Positions 59,230 to 64,000 of a stretch of DNA of 64,000 nt are shown piece by piece. Origin of the DNA: an uncultured virus (IMG/VR IMGVR_UViG_3300009152_000029). Lineage: Duplodnaviria > Heunggongvirae > Uroviricota > Caudoviricetes. Location of the stretch: IMG/VR virus record IMGVR_UViG_3300009152_000029. The stretch is one strand, 5' to 3'. Below the pieces are notes generated by a model, which was not told where the DNA came from, searched no databases, and was given only the letters and a program-made list of their open reading frames with translations. Position 1 is the stretch's first letter. Each line of letters opens with the position of its first letter. The translations under genes and the position numbers were made by a program.

Positions 59230-59676
59230 ATGTGGTACAGATATTCTCAAGCTCAGCCTTTACAAAATTTGACAACTACTTCTAATCCATCAACCATTTC
59301 AGGTGGTGGACAGGGTATAGAAATTTCTCAAGCAGATTTACCAAAGCTTCAGCAGTTCAAAACAACTGGTGCGCCTGTAACTGTTCGTGATGTTACTACT
59401 GGGAAAATGGTCAGTATAGTTCACGGAAATGTTGACCAAAATGGAAAGTTTTTTCTAAGTGGGCAGAATAATGATATGGGCACAGAAGAAAACTTTAATG
59501 AGTGGGCTGCTAGAAATGGTGTAAATCCGGGCAACTTTATTCTATCGTGCAAACAAGGCGCAGCAAATACAAGCGCATTTAATAACTTAACTTCTTATCA
59601 GGGTGTTTTACAATTACAATGGAGTAATCAACCAAATGAAAGAGGTAATTACAATGTGTTTGTCCAGGGTGGATAA
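59230..59676 (+). CDS. Hypothetical protein with MWYRYSQ leader
   Basis: 148 aa; contains VHG and LSC motifs; preceded by AAGG-N18-GAA. Confidence 0.6.
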   Translation: MWYRYSQAQPLQNLTTTSNPSTISGGGQGIEISQADLPKLQQFKTTGAPVTVRDVTTGKMVSIVHGNVDQNGKFFLSGQNNDMGTEENFNEWAARNGVNPGNFILSCKQGAANTSAFNNLTSYQGVLQLQWSNQPNERGNYNVFVQGG

Positions 59677-60341
59677 TGTTTATAACTAATACTGTAATAC
59701 TTTCATCAAAAAAAGAAAAAGTAGAATCAAACGGTTTTGAATTCCAAAAATTACCATACGAATATTCTTTTCTAGAACCTGTAATTGACGCAGAAACAAT
59801 GAAAATTCATCACACAAAGCATCAGAAAAAATATTTTGATAATATGATGAGCATTGTTGATGAAAACTCAAAATTACAAAAGAATTCATTAGTCGAATTA
59901 ATGTCAGATTTAAATAAGATTCCAGCAAAAGATAGAGAAAAGTTTAAGAATAATGCTGGTGGATATTTCAATCATTCTTTCTTCTGGAATGTAATGACTA
60001 CTGAAAAGCCTGTCTACTCTGGCGCTATAAAAAATCTTATTGACAAGAAGTTTGGGTCACTTGATAAGTTTAAAATAGAATTTATCAAAACAGGAATGGA
60101 TCATTTTGGTTCTGGTTGGGTTTGGTTATGCACTGAAGATGGTAGAAATCTAAAACTGTCTTCAATGGCAAATCAAAACAATCCATATATAGAAGAATGC
60201 GGCAAACCATTAATCGGATGTGATTTATGGGAACACGCTTACTATTTAAAATATCAAAATGATAGAGAAAAATATTTAAAAAAATGGGTTAACTTAATTA
60301 ATTGGGATTTTGTCAATGAAACCTTGGAGAGTTACAAATGA
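59676..60341 (+). CDS. sodA: Fe/Mn superoxide dismutase (Mn-type signature)
   Basis: LPY...LEP.ID.ETM.IHHTKH, NNAGGYFNHSFFW, FGSGWVWL, NQ, DLWEHAYY. Confidence 0.92.
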   Translation: MFITNTVILSSKKEKVESNGFEFQKLPYEYSFLEPVIDAETMKIHHTKHQKKYFDNMMSIVDENSKLQKNSLVELMSDLNKIPAKDREKFKNNAGGYFNHSFFWNVMTTEKPVYSGAIKNLIDKKFGSLDKFKIEFIKTGMDHFGSGWVWLCTEDGRNLKLSSMANQNNPYIEECGKPLIGCDLWEHAYYLKYQNDREKYLKKWVNLINWDFVNETLESYK

Positions 60342-60712
60342 ATATAATTACAAATCTTTTAACAATACAGAATCAGTTTAGAGTTTATCATTGGCAAACA
60401 CAAAAGAAGCCAGGTTCTTTTGCTCAACACGAGGCATTCGGAAAAGCTTATGAAGCACTTGACCCACTTATTGATGATTTCATAGAAGTTTTTCAAGGTA
60501 AGAATGGCGCTTTGATGGGCAAGAATGGTTTTGTTGTAAATCTTGAAAATTTATCTGATGATTACAATGTATTTATCGATGAAGCAGTTGAATATTTTAT
60601 AAATTATCTTCCTCAATCATTAGACTCAAATTCTGATACTGATTTATTAAATATCAAAGATGAAATGCTTGCTATCTTAAATCAGACAAAATATCGTTTG
60701 AAAATGATGTAA
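60338..60712 (+). CDS. Ferritin/Dps-like four-helix protein (DUF5856 type)
   Basis: HWQT...SFAQHEAFGKAYE.L..LID.FIE..QGK...DLLNIKDEML..LNQTKY.L. Confidence 0.75.
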   Translation: MNIITNLLTIQNQFRVYHWQTQKKPGSFAQHEAFGKAYEALDPLIDDFIEVFQGKNGALMGKNGFVVNLENLSDDYNVFIDEAVEYFINYLPQSLDSNSDTDLLNIKDEMLAILNQTKYRLKMM

Positions 60713-60957
60713 TGGATTATTCAGACTCAGACGGCTACAAAGCAATGGTGGCTAGAAAACTCACTGAATTAGAATTATCTAGAAAAGATATGGTGAAGAG
60801 TTTAGATATCTGTTTGTTGATGAGCGTTGAACAGCTTGAAAAAATAGAAGAAAACCTTTCCAAAAAACAGCGTAAAACTAAATTTGGAAAGGCTATCAAT
60901 ATGATTATTGGGATAAAGAAAGATTACTTATATCCACAGCCACCACAAGAGTCATAA
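60712..60957 (+). CDS. Hypothetical protein
   Basis: 81 aa, TAATG-coupled. Confidence 0.5.
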   Translation: MDYSDSDGYKAMVARKLTELELSRKDMVKSLDICLLMSVEQLEKIEENLSKKQRKTKFGKAINMIIGIKKDYLYPQPPQES

Positions 60958-61295
60958 GTTTCTCCGTCAACTGAAAAAGAACTGCCACAACCACAACTCT
61001 TTTCAGCATTAGGATTTTCAATCTTGAATCCTGACATCAATCCATCTTCTTTGTAGCATATAATTGCACCATCAAGATATTTTGCTGATTTTGCATCAAC
61101 TACAATTTTGATATCATTGTCATAAACAATAATGTCGTCAATTTCCGGCTCACCTTCAGAGACAGCCAATCCGTATTGAAGCCCAGAGCAACCTCCTCCA
61201 GCTACATAAAAGTAGAGATGTGGATCATCTGTTTCAATTTGAGATATAGAATCTTTCACTAATTCGGCTGCTTTGTCTGTAATTTTAATATTCAT
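60924..61295 (-). CDS. A-type Fe-S carrier (IscA/ErpA/HesB family)
   Basis: ITDKAA, GGGCSGLQY, NPNAEKSCGCGSSF. Confidence 0.92.
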   Translation of the reverse strand: MNIKITDKAAELVKDSISQIETDDPHLYFYVAGGGCSGLQYGLAVSEGEPEIDDIIVYDNDIKIVVDAKSAKYLDGAIICYKEDGLMSGFKIENPNAEKSCGCGSSFSVDGETYDSCGGCGYK

Positions 61296-61992
61296 ATGTT
61301 AAGTTTCCATCATTCTTAGTGTATGTCTTATATTTTTCTAATCTTGTAAATTTACCTGTGTCAGAATTAAATGTAATTCTTTCAATATACTTCAATGGAA
61401 CTTTGGATTTGAGTTCCTTAAATTTATTTCCATCAGCATCAGATGAAATTTCTTCTTTATATTGAAGTCCGTAAATTTCAGGATTCAACTTCCAATAAAT
61501 AAACCTTGAGGGAAAAGTTTTATTATTCATACATTCCATTGCTTCTTCTAAAGGAAAGAGGAAATGATAAAATTCAAATATATCTTCTGGTTTTGAAAGT
61601 CTATGTCCAGTGTATATTGAAGTTTGAGTTATTTTTGAATAATCTAAAACTTCCACACTTCCTGTAACATCAGTCTTAAAAATAGAGCTAAATTGTTCTA
61701 AGCCTTTCTTTTTCAATAGGTTTGGCTCCCATTTGAGATTCCAAACCATATCAAACAACTTAGTACCCTTGCATTCACTCTCACTTGCTCGGACAAACTT
61801 ATCATTTGTACGAGTTATAATGTCACCAAAAATATATTTTTCAGTCAAGTCAAGTGTGTATTCAGGCGCAATTTCTTTAAATAAATACAGGCAAATAATT
61901 TTTGTGCAATATTTACCTGCTACATCAAGTTGAGCCTGAGAGTATTTGTTGCTGGTTTTTCTGGCATAATCTTTACGAACATAAGAATTCAT
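61285..61992 (-). CDS. Hypothetical protein, possible PD-(D/E)xK nuclease fold
   Basis: GDII...ESECKG spacing; weak. Confidence 0.4.
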   Translation of the reverse strand: MNSYVRKDYARKTSNKYSQAQLDVAGKYCTKIICLYLFKEIAPEYTLDLTEKYIFGDIITRTNDKFVRASESECKGTKLFDMVWNLKWEPNLLKKKGLEQFSSIFKTDVTGSVEVLDYSKITQTSIYTGHRLSKPEDIFEFYHFLFPLEEAMECMNNKTFPSRFIYWKLNPEIYGLQYKEEISSDADGNKFKELKSKVPLKYIERITFNSDTGKFTRLEKYKTYTKNDGNLTYEY

Positions 61993-62866
61993 AATCTATT
62001 CTCATTCCAATACAGTGAATTACAGGTCGAACAAGAGCAAGTCCCAATCCTTTATCATACAAGACTTCACCGCTAGTATCAGGCTCAGGAACTTCACTAT
62101 CTGTCAAAACAGTCAACCTACGCTTAGATTCTAACACAATTTTCTGTGCTAGATATAACCTACAAGCATAATGATTTTCAAGCTTCTGAAATTCTGAAAG
62201 TCTCTTACGAAATTCCTTATCTTCTTGCTCTGTAGTACCGATGCCATCAAAGAACTCGATATGCCAGTTTTCAGGGTGTTGTAAGGCTAAATCATAACGA
62301 TTAGGAATATCATCAATATATTGCTTGTCATCACTATTTGTGCTTTGAATATACATCTTGCCTGGAAAACTAGAAATATATTCTTTGATTGAAATAAGTT
62401 CGTGCTTTACTGCTTCGTGATATCCAATAAGCATATTTTCAAGTAATTTTTCAGCATCACGAATTTCTTCTTTTTCAAGGAATGACTCAAGCAGATATAA
62501 ATCATCAAGAGACGTAGCAAGATCTTTAATGAAATCTAAAGCTTCTTGTTGTGAAAGCAAGATTTGATTCTTGAAAGTAGTAAGTCTTGGAGCAATTACT
62601 TCAAAATGAGAAATTGACTTGATGATAATCTTAAAATATCCCCAAGCCATATGATTGATGTTTAAAAAACATTCGTGAATCAAATTGCCATCTGGACCAA
62701 AAACTTCAGTAGGAACAATTCCCATAAAAGAGTTTTGATTTGTATCAACTAATCCTAAGTTAGTTGATACTGTAGCTAATTCAAGAGCGCACTTGACAAT
62801 ATCTTGATTATCAGCAGTCCAAACAGCAATTCCAGCTTCTAATGCGTATTCTGGTGTTTTTTCCAT
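61973..62866 (-). CDS. Hypothetical acidic protein
   Basis: 297 aa ORF. Confidence 0.65.
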   Translation of the reverse strand: MEKTPEYALEAGIAVWTADNQDIVKCALELATVSTNLGLVDTNQNSFMGIVPTEVFGPDGNLIHECFLNINHMAWGYFKIIIKSISHFEVIAPRLTTFKNQILLSQQEALDFIKDLATSLDDLYLLESFLEKEEIRDAEKLLENMLIGYHEAVKHELISIKEYISSFPGKMYIQSTNSDDKQYIDDIPNRYDLALQHPENWHIEFFDGIGTTEQEDKEFRKRLSEFQKLENHYACRLYLAQKIVLESKRRLTVLTDSEVPEPDTSGEVLYDKGLGLALVRPVIHCIGMRIDYEFLCS

Positions 62867-62883
62867 AATACGTTCATTGTACC

Positions 62884-63351
62884 TTATAAAATGAAAGAAC
62901 CGGAAACAACTAATCTAGGGTCACTGAATTTATTAGAGTTTGGTAATAAATTATTATTATTTTCATAAGAAAATTTAAAATCACTCCATTTATTTTTGAG
63001 TACATAAGATGCAGAAAGTGATTTCTTATCTTCAACAAATCCTGGCATTTTTGTGTTCCCGGCAGAAAAATTGAACGTACCTATAGGTGACTTATAATTG
63101 TAACCCATCAGCAATTTGTGTTTTTCTGATGCAGATAAATCTGTGCCTTTATGCAAGCTATCAATGTTTACTTCAAAACCTGGAAGTTTTTTAAGTTTTA
63201 CATTTGCATTTAATAAAGTTTGATTAGGCTTTACAAAATATGATTCTGAATATGGATTTTGTGAAAAATTATTTCCAAATTGTTGGCCAAAACACAAAGA
63301 AGATAAAGATAATGTTAATAATAAAAATTGTGTTTTCATAATATTCCTCAA
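62884..63351 (-). CDS. Exported protein, possibly a small outer-membrane beta protein
   Basis: Signal peptide (probable start MKTQF after GAGGA); alternating aromatic strands MGYNY, LSASY, FKFSY, VSGSF. Confidence 0.5.
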   Translation of the reverse strand: MRNIMKTQFLLLTLSLSSLCFGQQFGNNFSQNPYSESYFVKPNQTLLNANVKLKKLPGFEVNIDSLHKGTDLSASEKHKLLMGYNYKSPIGTFNFSAGNTKMPGFVEDKKSLSASYVLKNKWSDFKFSYENNNNLLPNSNKFSDPRLVVSGSFIL

Positions 63352-63383
63352 ATTAATATTCTATGTTTTTATCATAGACACTT

Positions 63384-63421
63384 AAAAAAGTAAAGGGCTA
63401 GAATGAGATTATTTCTAGCCC
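63384..63421 (-). terminator. Terminator-like hairpin ending the candidate ncRNA
   Basis: Minus strand: GGGCTAGAA-ATAATCTCA-TTCTAGCCC-TTTACTTTTTT. Confidence 0.75.
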
Positions 63422-64000
63422 TGTAGTTTCGTTTGCAAGATTACTCTACTCGCAACTTATAGATTGCTTGCTTATCCACTTTACAGTCAAACTACACAAT
63501 CGCCTTTTTAAACTAGTGGCATTTCTAGTCTAATGTTAGTCTTTTAAACATAAGTGAAATTTTAGATGTTTAAGCATCTGCACTATGTTTTAAGTGTTTG
63601 TTGCATTACACTTTTTATTTTTTGATTGTTTACAACTAACACGAGATACGTCTATTTCTTGAGTGAATTATTGTTATCTTATCAACGGATTGCGATCTCT
63701 TTAATAATTCTATACCCGCTCTCTACAGAAGTGTGCGTATCTTGTTGCTCCTGGATAAGGAATACAACTCACTTCAATGCCTAATACTCCACAAAGTATT
63801 TAGACCTGATTTTGAGACTATAACGGAAGGAATTAAATTGTATCTTCCGCAAAACCTCTCATCATACTATAAAGCTCTTAATCGTGACTTCTCGAACCTT
63901 ATAATTACTCTTCATCTTTTAGGCTTCGATGATGCTGTGCTTGGCTTATATTCAGCGTATATAAGTCCGCTTTCATCTTATTCCATATTTCCAAGTTCTG
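63384..64000 (-). ncRNA. Candidate large structured ncRNA (GOLLD/ROOL class), probably 5'-truncated by the window
   Basis: ~620 nt with no ORF in the track, in an otherwise dense genome; at least nine consecutive helices; ends in a 9-bp hairpin plus U-tract on the minus strand. Confidence 0.6.

Noticed and set aside
1..64000. Stop-codon reassignment (alternative genetic code)
   Set aside because: Genes are long and densely packed under code 11, and TAA, TAG and TGA all end genes at sensible boundaries.
63384..64000. tRNA or rRNA genes
   Set aside because: No cloverleaf with a proper T-arm and acceptor stem, and no rRNA signature, was recognised by eye.
1..64000. Cellular chromosome origin (clpX, sod, iscA, phoH)
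   Set aside because: These genes are isolated from their usual operons, are divergent, and are interspersed with phage-like structural genes and unknown ORFs.

Overview
This AT-rich window looks like part of a large (jumbo-type) tailed phage genome read in the standard code; no capsid, terminase or polymerase gene is visible, so this rests on gene content. Positions 1-16.9 kb hold a truncated structural-type gene, PIN-PhoH, a J-domain protein, a MuF-like Cys/His protein, ClpX, a divergent macrodomain, a transglycosylase and a paralogous gene pair. Positions 17-55 kb form a ~38 kb co-oriented locus of large Gly/Ser/Thr/Ala-rich fibre-like proteins built from shared modules, with ten LamG/ConA-like paralogues in two tandem arrays. 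Positions 55-63.3 kb carry a nitrilase, CHAP amidase, DUF2997/DUF1257-like pair, two secretin-N-domain-like exported proteins, and an oxidative stress/iron trio (SOD, ferritin-like, IscA/ErpA). The last ~620 nt are largely ORF-free and densely base-paired, ending in a terminator-like hairpin on the minus strand: a candidate large structured ncRNA (GOLLD/ROOL class) cut by the window edge. Other signals are a recurring upstream motif ([AC]AG[GAT]-N18/19-GAA) and a recurring [KR]-x-[AS]-Q leader motif in unrelated proteins. All family calls are from motif recognition, not database searches.
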